Source: Eledone cirrhosa (Eukaryota). From it: a stretch of DNA of 64,000 nt. The notes beneath the pieces are model-generated. The model worked only from the letters and a program-made list of their open reading frames with translations, did not search any database and was not told the DNA's origin. A program made the position numbers and the translations under genes. Position 1 is the first letter of the stretch. The number at the start of each line of letters is the position of its first letter. The stretch covers positions 329,530,001-329,594,000 of the forward strand of contig OZ024742.1 in assembly GCA_964016885.1 (NCBI GenBank). The letters are read 5' to 3'. Below, in pieces: positions 16,211 to 29,131 of the stretch.

Positions 16211-16351
16211 CATATATATATGCATGTATGTATATATATATACATACTACTGTACGTCTGTATACATATATTTATGTACGTATACATACTTATATTTACG
16301 TAACAGCCGTACTAAGAGTGAGAAATGAAATTTCGTTTCATTTTTTCCGTT

Positions 16352-16392
<41 letters not shown>

Positions 16393-16401
16393 TATATATA
16401 C

Positions 16402-16469
<68 letters not shown>

Positions 16470-17029
16470 GTATATGCACATGCATACGCATATACATACA
16501 TACACATACTCAGCCAACATTTATTGAAATAGATCAGGGTTTATAGAGAATTTTGCCTGATGATCATTTGCAAATAGAAAACACCGACTGACAATGCTAA
16601 TTTGAATATAGTGTGAAATTGGGTGTTTATAATTAATTGGTATTAACACTAAGACTTGTCTTAGGCCTTATACATAATAGATGTGTATATGAAAACATAT
16701 ATAAACATATATTATACGTTTATATAGACAACAAATCTGAGTAGACTCACTATTGAAGACAAATATTTTTCGTAACGAAAAAAATATTTTTATTTTCTTA
16801 TATCTGTGACTATATCACAGAGTTCCTTGCACGTTTTGAGAATGACAGACAATGATGTTTGAAGGTTTATTATTCTTTCAACAGTGACACTTACCCAACA
16901 CATACGTTCTACTTACCTATCCGTCGTCTGTGATAAGTATCCTCAGGGTATTGAGAAAAGTATAGGCTAAATCCTATAATGGTGTTGCCTATCTTTGGCT
17001 ACTTGATTCAACAAAGTGGTCCTTCAACT

Positions 17030-18350
17030 ACCTGGCGTCTCACAGGGCCACTTTCACCTGCAGCTTTTAATAGCTGAAGCAGAAACCGCCGAGCTGAACA
17101 GACTCAACCACGTTTTAACGTCGTCAGTTTGTTCTGAGAGTTATCTGAATTTGAAATGAATATTATCTGCATACTTGTTCCTGACTTCCTTATCTGCCAG
17201 TCCTTCCCAGTTTAACCTGTAGGTCGACCTGGACCTGCATGTTTTATGAGGTTTCTTTATCTTTTCTAGTCTCTGGCTGCCTGTAAATAGCTCAACCCCT
17301 CTCTTAACCCAAACATCACGCATGGAATCGAAGAAATCAGAGACAAAATAAAAATCAACTATTTATCTTTGTCCTCGATTCCCCTCATACTATATGTATT
17401 TTTGAATGTCTTTGTACTAGAGGAAGGCTTTCATAATATAGTGTCAATTACTAGAACAGAAGTTTTATAAGGCCTCGTCATTCATATTTACCTCGGTATC
17501 ATTGTTTCTTCCCATCATTCCTTTCCCTGTCATGCATTCAGTGCCAATATCTGCATTGAAGTCTCTCATTTAGGGTATATAACTCAGTCTTAACTACATC
17601 TAATGCCGCAATGACTTCATGAGGAAAGGATTTATATACAGGTTATCTGTATGGCGTCAAAGAGACTATTCTTTTAACTCAATCTTCAAGAAGAAAATCC
17701 TCCCACCCAATTGAATCCATATCATATCACACTCTGTCTGCAGAGGGCTTGTGAATATCCCCACTCCCGCCTGTGCAAACTTTTCTGGCGCCACACCTGT
17801 AGTGGATTCTACATCCTCCATTCGAATTTACTGTATCAGACCCACATAACTTTGTTGACGAATCCTCGACTATATCTCGCCGGTAGCATCTGATCACCAC
17901 TACTTGTTTCTGCTCGTTGCCTGTATTGATTTTAACGTTCCAGGTGCCAATCGTCATGGCTTGCTCCTTACTGCACACTTTCTGATGTTTCCGGATACGT
18001 AAACTTCGTGCTTCTATTCGACGCCTGCCAGAAAATGTCACAGCCATTCCTTTCAGCGTTGGATAGTGACAGCTATATTTCTTTCAAACAGGCCCCTCGA
18101 CCAGAAACATAAAGGCCCCTCTTGTTATCCAGCATGAAATGCGATGCGGTATGCATGTATTTTCTGTTTCCGACCATATTACACACTTTTTGTTGTTTCA
18201 TTCGCGACAGGCACCAATTTAGTTCTTTTCTCTCACCCCTAGTGTCTAGGAATTTTTAGATGCAACCGTTACCCACCTTGACGTAGCTAGATGACTGGGT
18301 TGGGAAAGTTTTCTTGGGAAAGCTAATCTTGTCACCCATTGTCCCATCTC
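17030..18350 (-). pseudogene. Decayed LINE (RTE-like) 5' region with AP-endonuclease remnant
   Basis: MTIGTWNV motif in ORF 17727-18047; VWVKRGVELF..YRLNWEGLADKEVRNKY in 17141-17323; many frameshifts. Confidence 0.7.
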
Positions 18351-19398
18351 CCCTTGTAGTTTACCGCTGTGAGTTCAGAGTTAATTATTCGCCTGACAGG
18401 AACCTGCATAGATAGAAACTAAACATTATGTCTGGTAGTGGCATCACTATCCGCTACCTGCTACCGTTTCTCTAGTAGAACAGATTTGTTGCTAATAATT
18501 TTGCTGCTGCTGTTATTGTTGTTGCTGATAATGATAATGAGAAGGTTAATGATGTTGAAGAGAAGGGTGTGTTGGGACGAAGTGACAGGAGTAGGAACGC
18601 ATTAAAAGGATTGAGGAAATGGCATTGAATCAAAGAAAGAATATCTGTCTTATCGATCTTTTTTTCTAATTAAAATCCTAAATAATCGTATTCAGATGTC
18701 TAAATTCACACGGCTGCCTCTTGCTATTGTTCTTATCATAGTGTCAGTTCTTACAGTTATTGGAGTTTGGTAATTATACTGCTGTCGTTGGTATTAATAT
18801 TCTTTCGATATTACTTTCATTCTTTTTTTTTATATTTCACTAATTGTCACTCCTGTCTATCACCTTCCCTCCTCAGTCTCTTATGTTTCCATACAACATT
18901 TTAACCTCACAAACAACAGATAAGCGATAAATGAAAGAAAAACAAACAAACTACAAACCGTTCTTTAAAGTCAATAAATGTTACGTGCCTATGAAATATT
19001 GACCAAGCTCTTCTTCTTTCTGATTGACACTATCTAGAAACATATGATGTGATGTTGCATCTCTTAATCCTTTAAAGTTTATTACGTCCCCTTGGTACAC
19101 GTTTCATACATAATACAAACATTTTGTCCTGCAAGATTTTTGTCTCATCACGTAAACCACGTTATTATTTTTTAAACTGCATTCTAATTAAACAATTCAG
19201 ATTTGCTTTCATTTATCCATGTGTTAACCAAACCAGATTTGTTTTGATATCCAAGTATTATCCAATTATCATTTGTTTTGTATTCATTACTTATGGAGGC
19301 AAATGGCAAAGATGATCCACTGACAAAAAGACGGCATTAGATCAATAACATTCAGTTGGGTATATATTCAACGCACAATTGTAAACAGAGCTACTTAC

Positions 19399-19448
19399 GT
19401 GAAGGCACAATTTGTATATGCAAATAGTAGCATAACATGATCACAAAC
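19399..19448 (-). other. Candidate 50-nt spliced exon of an unknown host gene
   Basis: Minus strand: ttccctttccttaaaatgtgcag | 50 nt, open in 2 frames | gtaagt; lies in non-repetitive-looking DNA. Confidence 0.3.
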
Positions 19449-19659
19449 CTGCACATTTTAAGGAAAGGGAAGTACGATAAGCAAGGGAGGGAAGCAGTAC
19501 TTGGAAAATAATACATGCATTCACATGTACTGAATGGTGATCGACGTTCTATGTGTACATAAAAACCCTCTTCAATATATATATATATATGTAGTGTAAC
19601 ATACACATAGAAACACACACACGCACGCACGCACACATACACACATACACAAAACACAC

Positions 19660-19738
<79 letters not shown>

Positions 19739-20688
19739 ACATATATATATGTATAAGCATTTTAGACTCTGAAAAGGGGTTACGTTTAGGAAGTCGCTAT
19801 AACATAATGCAGCCATGGTTTAACATATTGACGTAACAAAGTCAGCTAAGATAACTAATGACTTGCTGAAAGAATGGAATAAAATGAGAAACAATAGATG
19901 TTGTATCCTTAGTAATATATATTTTCCCCATATATTCGGAGAAGCTATGATTCTTAATAGAGAGTTGTCGGTCAGCAGGTCACAGTAGATATTTTCTCGA
20001 ATTGGTGGGGTTGGAACAGATTGTGGTTGCTTGTTAGTTTGTTATCAATTGCGGGCTATTTCTTCTCGCTCTTTACATTATGATATAAAATGCCGCCTAG
20101 CCCAAATTCGCCTTTCAACCTTCCAGAGTTAACAAATAATGTATTTATCAAGTATTGAGATTGATTTACACAACATTACTCTTCACCAACATTTGCTTGG
20201 AATCTGCCTAAGTTAAAACAAAATAATCATGGTATTAGATGTGGTAGGGGTGCAGTGTTGGTTGGATTGCATTGTTTTGTATATCTAGTTTTTTAATGAT
20301 ATATATTAGTGTTAAAATTTAATTTGCCGTTGGACCTAGGATGTTTCCTATCTATTACTCATGTTTGGCTAAAGGTTAAAAATACACTACCACAGATTCT
20401 CCGTAACATATGAATATCTGAAGAATGATAGCTGCCTAGCCACCATCATATTGTTGGCGTTATGACATGTTTGTATTTTACGTTTCGATGGACTGTTAGT
20501 AATAAACTACCTTAAGATAACCATCAATAATAGACTGGAAACCAAACGAGGTTCGGTGGCTAATATAATCCGAACGTCAAAATATATAAATAAACAAATA
20601 AATAAGCCAAAAAAATTCAATATGACTCCGATTAAATAGCACATCCCACTACAACCACACACCTATTACAATTTCTACCAATTACTAC

Positions 20689-20812
20689 TTTAGGCACAAG
20701 GCCAGCAATTTCAAGGGGAGGGGGAAGTCGACTAAATCGACTGTAGTAAACTACTGGGGCTTTATTATATCGACCTCGTAATGATGAAAGGCAAAGTTCA
20801 CCTCGGCGGAAT
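20689..20812 (-). mobile_element. Cephalopod-type SINE fragment
   Basis: AGGCACAAGGCCAGCAATTT..ATCGACC..GATGAAAGGCAAAGT..CCTCGGCGGAA shared with copies at 24178, 44207, 45032, 55029 and 55334. Confidence 0.75.
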
Positions 20813-21331
20813 CAGTCTTGCATTTCATCCTTATGGTGTCGATAATATAAAACACTGTAGTATACTGTGGTAGAATTGAAAACAACATAACCCCCTACAA
20901 GCATCTGTCTTACAATCTCCACTCGGTAGAATATCTATTGATTGTAGACCGTCATTTAACTGTCATGGATTATTCTGCCGAATTTAAGCTGACAAAACAA
21001 CCGGCCAAGCGCTTTAGGCAAGCTACCCATCCACAATTTCGATGAAACAAGCAATACTACTTTCAATAAAAAAAAAGCAGAAGACTCGACTGAATTCCGC
21101 ATGCTCGACACAATTATACGTCAAAAGCAAGCTACACGGAGGCAATAGAGTACTTGCAGATACTACTGGAGTCCCCAAATCTCCCTTGAAAATGAATACC
21201 TTACACAAATAAATATAATCAAGGTAACATGTTTTTTTTTTTCTGAATTTAGTAGCCAGTAATATTCAACCACTTCTGTATTATAGCAGCTTCGCAAACT
21301 TATATATATATGCATATTTTATATGTGTGTG

Positions 21332-21369
<38 letters not shown>

Positions 21370-21372
<3 letters not shown>

Positions 21373-21522
21373 TTGCGAGGTTTTTCAATGGCAACATTGA
21401 GGACCGAGTAAGTTAGATCGCAGATATAATAAAAGACAGCGAGAAGCGAAAACCAACCAAACAGTGAGTGTGTTCTGTTATTAATTCTGGCAATATTACG
21501 CAAATATGACCCTCCCCAAGTA

Positions 21523-21526
<4 letters not shown>
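21370..21526 (+). mobile_element. Solo terminus of group B1 PLE
   Basis: Matches 4094-4228, ending GACCCTCCCCAAGTATAAC; between TA tracts. Confidence 0.8.
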
Positions 21527-21569
<43 letters not shown>

Positions 21570-21697
21570 CCATTTATAGTTTTCGGTACGCCTGACCGAC
21601 TAACTCACTCGATATGCAAATTAGGCTGCTCAGCCGTTAATATGCATAAGGTAAGTATATACTTTCAAAACGTTCAATCGACTGACAGGAAGGTATA

Positions 21698-21737
21698 CGG
21701 TGCTGATGACAGCTAATAAGCTAGAAACAGTTCATCG
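21698..21737 (+). ncRNA. Minimal hammerhead (group H) in a solo pLTR (~21570-21863)
   Basis: CGGTG-CTGATGA-CAGCT(AATA)AGCTA-GAA-ACAGT-T-CATCG; stem I substitutions relative to 16048 preserve pairing. Confidence 0.75.
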
Positions 21738-21990
21738 TTTCTTTGTCAGTGTTGAAGAAATCGGGCAGCGATGATTGCCGAAAACACTGTACGGCTAATA
21801 ATTCGGGCTCTTTGTTTAGAAACAAACCGAGCATTATAATACATGTTCGGTAAACCCATACGTATATATATATATGTGTGCATGTATGTATGTATATACA
21901 TTCTACTGTACGTATATATGTATGTACGTATATATGTATGTACGTATACATACTTACATATATATATATATGTATATGCATATATGTATG

Positions 21991-22038
<48 letters not shown>

Positions 22039-22088
22039 CATGTATGTATATATATATATATATACATATACACATATACATACATTTA

Positions 22089-22135
<47 letters not shown>

Positions 22136-22137
22136 TG

Positions 22138-22197
<60 letters not shown>

Positions 22198-24177
22198 TAT
22201 ACATATATATATGCGTGTGTGTGTATAGATGTGTAGATATTTTCTGCGTTATATTGCTTCTATAAATTGGTATATTTTCAATATATTTATTATTGATTTC
22301 TTTTCGCTAGAAGTGCGTGAAGTTTGAGATCATTATCTTTTCCATCATCATTTAAAGTTGAAAAACTCCAGTCACCTGCCATTACACTTTTGGGAGTCTA
22401 TCTTATTTGCCATTGTATTACTCACACTTTTTGTATGAGAATTGTCATTTATGACCTTGGCAAAAAGCCACAGACCTATAAAGCACAAGTGAATTCGTTC
22501 GAAAAAATCGACTTTTTAATATTTTGGTTCATTGCTATTCATCTTTCCGTTGACGCAATATGGACCAATGGATAAGGAGTTTATTACTCAATGATTAATT
22601 TCGCGTTCCGATCCCACTGCGAGATATGTTGGGTAAAAGTCCTTTACTATAGACTCCATAGACCCATGCATTGTGAGCGCGGCTGGATAGACGGGAATTG
22701 TTTAAAAGTCTGTCAGATGGGCTGCACCTGTAATTAAAAATGCTAAAAGACTCATTGACTGTCAGGCTGAATTTCTCTGACAAATCCAGCAAGGAAACAC
22801 CTGTATGTGCACTGTTCAGTCACTTATACATGAATTTCATGAGCAGGCTGTTCAGTTGATAGAAAACTTGGAATATGCATCGTCGAAACCTACGGATGTT
22901 CGGCGATGTAGCGATTTATTTGTCCACATATGATTGTAAATAAGTACATATAGTTGTTTGATTTGTTTGTTATTTAATGCATGTCCTTTAATTATTTGAA
23001 TCCTTTATTTTTATCAGTTGTTTTTCCGACTTCTCAATAACGAATGAAAGAATCGACCACAGCTGTGCATGAATTCGAATAAAAGTGGTAATAAATGCAG
23101 TGGAAGATTTTGTCTAAATTACTAATGATTCTGTAGATGAACTGGGTATCATGATTACTTAGTCACAAAATCTAATAGATCGGCAGAATAATTAGATCGT
23201 TGCATTCAGTCAATGTGAAATGAAGTGTCTTGTCTCAGATATATACTCCACCAAGTCTGTTAAATGACTCCAGTTCACAAGAACCACCCCCAAACTACTA
23301 GTAATTTTACGTAAAATATTCATTATCGTTATTCTTTTTTCGTAGTAATTAATCAGTATAATTTCAAGAATCATTTTTATTCTATGCCATTATCCTAATG
23401 TCACCCGATGTGTAATCGATGCCAAGAGTCTCTCTTATCATCCATCGATGAATATCTCATATAAAAAAAATCATGAAAAGGAATCTATCTACATATTCAA
23501 TAAAAACATAATCTTGATTATAAAAACAGTTTTAACACTGTTTATTCAAACTAACTAATCAATGAAACTGTCTACTCATTGATTTATATGTGACTGATTA
23601 TTACAGCGCTAACAAAAAGATTGACAGAAACAGTGTAATACAGAACGCAATAAAGCTGATCCGTTACTTCACAGCAATTCATTATTTCTACTTAATTTAT
23701 ATAAAACTTATTAGGTCAGCCTGTCGCTAAATTAATAGGGTACACCGCATTGATATTTAATCCGAGGTTTCAAGATTGCAGAACGACGCTCACATTTTCT
23801 TCTTAACACACATCCTAATATTTGTACAATCGTTCATTTATATTTTTCTCGCCGTGCCATTCCTCTTAATTAGACAACCATTGTATCTGAATATCTAACA
23901 AATTATGCCCGGCTATCAAAATATATTTCCCCATATCTGTCTTCTATGATATTAGATTTTTCTACACAGGTCCTACGTTTTTATTTTCACCGTTCATTGT
24001 TTTCGTTAAAGTGGCGTAAATGACTGTTAATTTTCGTTACTCTCTATGGTTAAGGTTGAGATCCTCCCCGTCCTGCCTAAGATGGGAATAGAATTTCGGA
24101 TACATTCTGCTTCAATTGTGTCTACATATATTCTGAATATACGTATGATCAGCAATCATTAATCAAAGTATTTTTGA

Positions 24178-24397
24178 GGGCGGTAGATTAGCAGTATCAG
24201 TTGAGGGTCGGACGCCATGTTTTGCAACATAGAGTTACATCCCTTTATGATCTGATTTCAAATCCCGCCGCGGTAAACTTTGTCTTTCATCCTTACGGGG
24301 TTCTTAAAATAAAGTACCAGTCACGCACTGAGGTCGATATAACCGACTTTCCCCTACCCAAAAATTGTAGCCCCTGTTCCTATATAAGAAACAATTA
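24178..24397 (+). mobile_element. Near full-length tRNA-type SINE
   Basis: A-box-like GGCGGTAGATTAGCAG, B-box-like TTCAAATCC, and the body shared with other copies in the window. Confidence 0.75.
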
Positions 24398-24848
24398 ATC
24401 GCAGTATTTTGTGTACAGTACTCTTGTAAAATTTTTAAGGAATTAAAAATTACTTAAAAGTTAATTTTCCATTTGTATATTTGACTATATTTGCTCTATG
24501 CGTATGCACGCATTTCCAACATTTTTTCCCTTAAACAAAATCTACATTTTTGTCACATTTATTTAATCCTGAAACTAAGTAGCAATTATATGCAATCATA
24601 TATAATTCTCTACATGCATTTGATCTTTGTATATATAATTGTACAAATGCTATACATTTACACACACACACACACACACACGCATACACACACAACACAT
24701 ACACACACGCACACACACACACACGCACACATAAACCCACACACATATATATATATATTGGCGGGAGCACTGAAATAACGGATGTGTGAGTGTGTGTCGG
24801 TGCATATATACGCGTAATTTCTCGCAATATTTCAAGTAATAAAAGCAT

Positions 24849-24878
24849 ACTAGACAACCCGTGACCCGTTGGGTCACG
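24849..24878 (-). mobile_element. Probable Helitron 3' terminus
   Basis: Minus strand: perfect hairpin CGTGACCC-AAC-GGGTCACG, 6 nt, then CTAG followed by T. Confidence 0.45.
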
Positions 24879-24939
24879 TTCGCTTCAAAATAATTTTTAA
24901 ATATCTAGAGACATGTATATAATGCGAAATGAAACTTGA

Positions 24940-25635
24940 AGGCACACCCATATTTATATGTGCGTGTATTTGTATACCTATATCGAGTGTTTTCGCATAT
25001 GCTTGTGTATGTACGTATTTGGAGGCGTGTATGTGTTTATTTAATTTCATTTACCTCTGTATTTTATTTACTTTATTCTTAACTCTGAAGCGGAGATTCA
25101 TTCGGTTTCTTAGTTAGAATTATAGTCTACGACTTCAGTTATACCATTTACGTGGTTTTGTCTTTGCGTGCAATTGTTCTCCACGACCTACATATGAAGT
25201 ATTATATTCGTTTTTTTCGTTCATTGCCAGAGAACGTTTCTATGCACCACCTAAGAGAACATTAGTCTACGACTTCTTTTATACCATAAACGTGGTTCTG
25301 TCTTTGCGTGTAGTTGTTTTTCCCCGCTCCAAATAATGACGTGTTATACTCGTTTTTTCCCGTTCTTTCCCAGGGAACGTTTCCACGAACCTAAGTATCG
25401 TCTTCCTGTCTTCCTCCGGTTGCAACGTTTTTTGAAATATTCACTTCTGCGTTTACAGATTGACTTTGTCAGTTTCAGAAGAACCCGTTAAGAGTGAAAG
25501 CAGCGATTCTTTGCTTAAACTTTAATCTGTTATTTTAATAAATATTTGCTCTACGGTTCTTATATATTTGATAGATATTTATCCTTATCGAGCCCTCTTT
25601 GGATTTTAGTCTTCAAATTGATTACTATTACTATA
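24940..25635 (+). mobile_element. 3' UTR/pLTR fragment of group C PLE, with a ~140-bp tandem duplication
   Basis: Reverse-complement homolog of ~56574-57245; units start TAGTCTACGACTTC at ~25123 and ~25263. Confidence 0.85.
25456..25529 (+). ncRNA. Extended type I hammerhead with CAGAAGA (U4A) core
   Basis: CAGATTGA-(CTTTGTC bulge)-AGTTT-CAGAAGA-ACCC(GTTAA)GAGT-GAA-AGCAG..TTGCT-T-AAACT-TTAATCTG. Confidence 0.75.
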
Positions 25636-26125
25636 TATATTTATATGTATGTATGTGTGTGTATATATATGTGTGGGTACCTGTGATCTATATACACTTG
25701 TCATAGACACATGCACACACACATTAAAACACATTCATATATATATGTATATATACATATTAATTTAGGTTTGTTGGTTCACCACTGGATAGAATTGGTT
25801 ATTCCGTATGGTCAATCTCGATGTAATATTATGGAGAGTACTCAACGTAATGCAGCTCACCGGTCATCGTTTGTGTAGTTGGTGGTGCGAGTACGGAGTT
25901 AATTATTATAATAATATAACAGGAGCCTGGACTTGTGTAAATCCTTGGAAGGTTTATTATAGGACCTATATCTTAACAGAGGCATATATAGTGGGCGTCT
26001 GTATGGTATAATGTGTGAACGTTAAACTTATGTTTAGAGTTATAGGATGACATTTAAAAAAATAAAAAAATCATGATTTTCAGCCCCATGGATTTTATCT
26101 GATATATTCCTTTGTTATATTTCGA

Positions 26126-26183
26126 ATACCTGATGATATCCCCGGATTCATACGGAACCTGGTTATTGAAATGATCATAGTAT
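26126..26183 (+). ncRNA. Minimal hammerhead (group D), U-U at base of stem II
   Basis: ATAC-CTGATGA-TATCCCCGGATTC..GAACCTGGTTATT-GAA-ATGATCAT-A-GTAT; palindromic stem III. Confidence 0.78.
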
Positions 26184-27981
26184 AATAAACCTTTCAAGGA
26201 TTTACACAAGTCCAGCCTCCTGATATTTTATTATAATAATTAACTCCGTACTCGCACCACCAACTACACAAACGAAGACGGGTGAGCTGCATTACGTTGA
26301 GTACTCTCCATAACATTACATCGAGATTGACCACACGAAATGACCAATTCTATCCAGTGGTGAACCAACAAACCTAAATAAATATGCTCCAAAAATGTTG
26401 AGCACTTTCAGATGTAATAATGAACAGAGGCGCTGACTCCAGTGTACAGCTATCGCCAGCATGGGACTGACTTGACTGATCTACTCACCATTCAGATTTT
26501 GGCTACTCTGTGCTTTGTCTACCGCTCACCTGGTCTAATGCTGCTTCCCTGTCGGGAATATTCACACTTCGACAAAATTCTACGGATTATAATATAACCT
26601 GTATTGTATTGACTGAATTATCTACCCTATACTTCAGGGCCTTTGGGATTCACACTGAATTCTGAGATTCTAACATACACTTGGTATCACCTGATACCAT
26701 TCCATCTCTTCCATCCTCTTTATCTATATGTATTATCTAACTGCAACTTGATCTGTATTTCCCCTGTGTTTTGATTTCTCCGATATGTTCTTATATACTC
26801 CCGTTTTACTTCATCACCACCCTAGCTATGACGGCGTTTTATTTATGTGTTTTTACTTTATTAATGTATTATTATTATTGTATTTTTATCTTTGTATTCT
26901 GCTTTTATCTATTTATGTATTTTTGCTTATTGTTCCTTTATTTAGGTTTTTACTCCCTTTACTCTCATTATGTACTTATCATTGTACTCATTAGCACACG
27001 ACACTAGAATATTACTCTCTGTACCCACCAAAGAACCACACTACTTATAACCAGGAATAACTGGGACTTAAATATAGTCTATTTGTGCATTTCATCGGGC
27101 TTACCACTTTCAACCTCACATCACAGGTGTGAATATATAATAATCGTTTGTTTACACGCGATGATCCGACTGACGTGGTGGCTTTCCCGGCTGCGCCCTT
27201 GGCGTTCTGGTGCATAAGCCTTCCTTGAGTGCTTGGAAAAATAATTTTCCTCTTCTTACGGTAAATTAAATTACTCGGAGCGGATGGCTTCGCCCCGGGT
27301 CCCGCCGCGCCGCCGGTTTTGACCACCATATAGTACATTTAAATTCTAGGCCTAACCATAACTATTAGCTATATCATGCCTCCCTCTACTGGTACGTAAA
27401 CAAATCCCCCTCCTGTGTGAATTAATAGAATTCGTTGGTATAACGATGGCCCGACGGCGATGGTAGACTTCCCGCTAACACACCCGAAGCCTAAGACATC
27501 TACATTCCTGGAGTACTCGGAAAAATTAATTTCCCTCCCTTTCGCTAGACGATATCACTCGGAACGGCTGACACGTGGTTAGGAAGGGCGGGCCGGAGTC
27601 TGCAGTCGTCGCGTGTTATTGACTGCTAAACAAGGGCTTAATCTTTACTCTATATCCCACCCTTAAAAGTTATCGAGAATCTCTATAATACACTTAAACT
27701 TTTTCATAAAACACTCTCTCTGTAAATTCTTTACCTAAATCTCGCAACCCAAACCTTAAACTTTCTTTTTATAACTTTTAATTTTTTAATTTTTTTAATT
27801 TCATACTATAACTCTAAACATAAGTTTAACGTTCCAATTTTCTGTTCATACATTATACCATACAGACGCCCACTATATATGCCTCTGTTAAAATAATTTT
27901 CTTTGGAAAAACATTTTTCGCGGCAATTTCTAACATGGCATTAACGCTGACTTTTCTTCTTTCATTCTTTCTTTCTTCTCC

Positions 27982-28052
<71 letters not shown>

Positions 28053-28102
28053 TAACAAAATAACAGGAGACTGGACTTGTGTAAATCCTTGAAAGGTTTA
28101 TT

Positions 28103-28161
28103 ATACTAAGATCATTTCAATGACCGGATTCCGTATGAATCCAGGTGATATCAACAGGTAT
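28103..28161 (-). ncRNA. Hammerhead (group D), degenerate copy
   Basis: Minus strand: ATAC-CTGTTGA-TATCACC(T)GGATTC(ATACG)GAATCCGGTCATT-GAA-ATGATCTT-A-GTAT. Confidence 0.65.
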
Positions 28162-28353
28162 TCGAAATATAACAAAGGAATATTACAGATAATATCCATG
28201 GGGCTGAAAATCATAGACAAGAGGACGACCGACAATCTAGCATCTTTTACTTTAGTCGGTCGCCCTCAAGTGTTGGCTATTCGGTCTACTTATGACCATC
28301 TGGTGAGGGGGCGAAAGCTTATGATGTACTACTACTTCTCCGTCAAAGAGAAT

Positions 28354-28354
28354 A

Positions 28355-28421
<67 letters not shown>

Positions 28422-28450
28422 GAAGAAAGAAAGAAAGAAAGAAAGAAGAA
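28354..28450. repeat. (AAAG)n microsatellite
   Basis: Directly visible; source of the KERK ORF. Confidence 0.95.
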
Positions 28451-28827
28451 AAGTCAGCGTTAATGCCATGCTACAATCAGGCTAGAAATTGCCGCAAGAA
28501 ATGTTTTTCCAAAGGACCCATATCTTAACAGAGGCATATATAGTGGGCGTCTCTATGATATAGTGTGTGAACAGAAAATTGGAACGTTAAACTTATGTTT
28601 AGAGTTATAGGATGAAATAAAAAAAAAGAATAAAATAAAATATAATAAAAAAAAAGTTTAAGTTTTGGGTTGCGAGATTTAGGTAAAGCATTTACAGAGA
28701 GAGTCTTTTATGAAAAAGTTTAAGTGTATTATAGAGATTCTCGATATGTTTTATGGGTGGGATATATATATATATATGTTTTATGTGTCTCTTGGGTTGA
28801 AAAGGAGGTCAAGTATGTTATAAATAG

Positions 28828-28876
28828 TTGCTCCGAAGAAACCAAACCTCGGTTTGGAGGAAACAATTGTAAGCAA
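28828..28876 (+). ncRNA. Minimal hammerhead with CCGAAGA (U4C) core, 5' pLTR
   Basis: TTGCT-CCGAAGA-AACCAAACC(TC)GGTTTGGAG-GAA-ACAATTGT-A-AGCAA; palindromic stem III; GUA triplet. Confidence 0.75.
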
Positions 28877-29131
28877 ATAAATGACTTAAACTGAACTTTG
28901 ATTACTGTAATCTCTATATAACTGCTCTGTAAAACAACTGATGTTATTACATAGAGCTATTTATCTTACTGGTAATAGGATAGTAATTAATGACTATCTC
29001 TCACTATTTAGGGTTTGTGTATATATAATATATTACCATCAAAGGTTTTATTGCATACATAACCATAAATAGAACCCTTAATACTAATAACTGCTCCATT
29101 TTGTTGAGCTGATATACCATAAATTACCAGC

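Larger units (their letters stand above)
25760..28765. mobile_element. Group D non-coding HHR element, rearranged into inverted and tandem pieces
   Basis: 25760-25920 inverts 26230-26385; 28045-28215 inverts 26070-26235; 28445-28765 inverts 27650-27960; ~1.6 kb internal region without RT or EN. Confidence 0.8.

Noticed and set aside
16550-16600. CTGATGA..GAAA as a hammerhead
   Set aside because: No stem III or stem I can be formed after GAAA, and stem II has no loop
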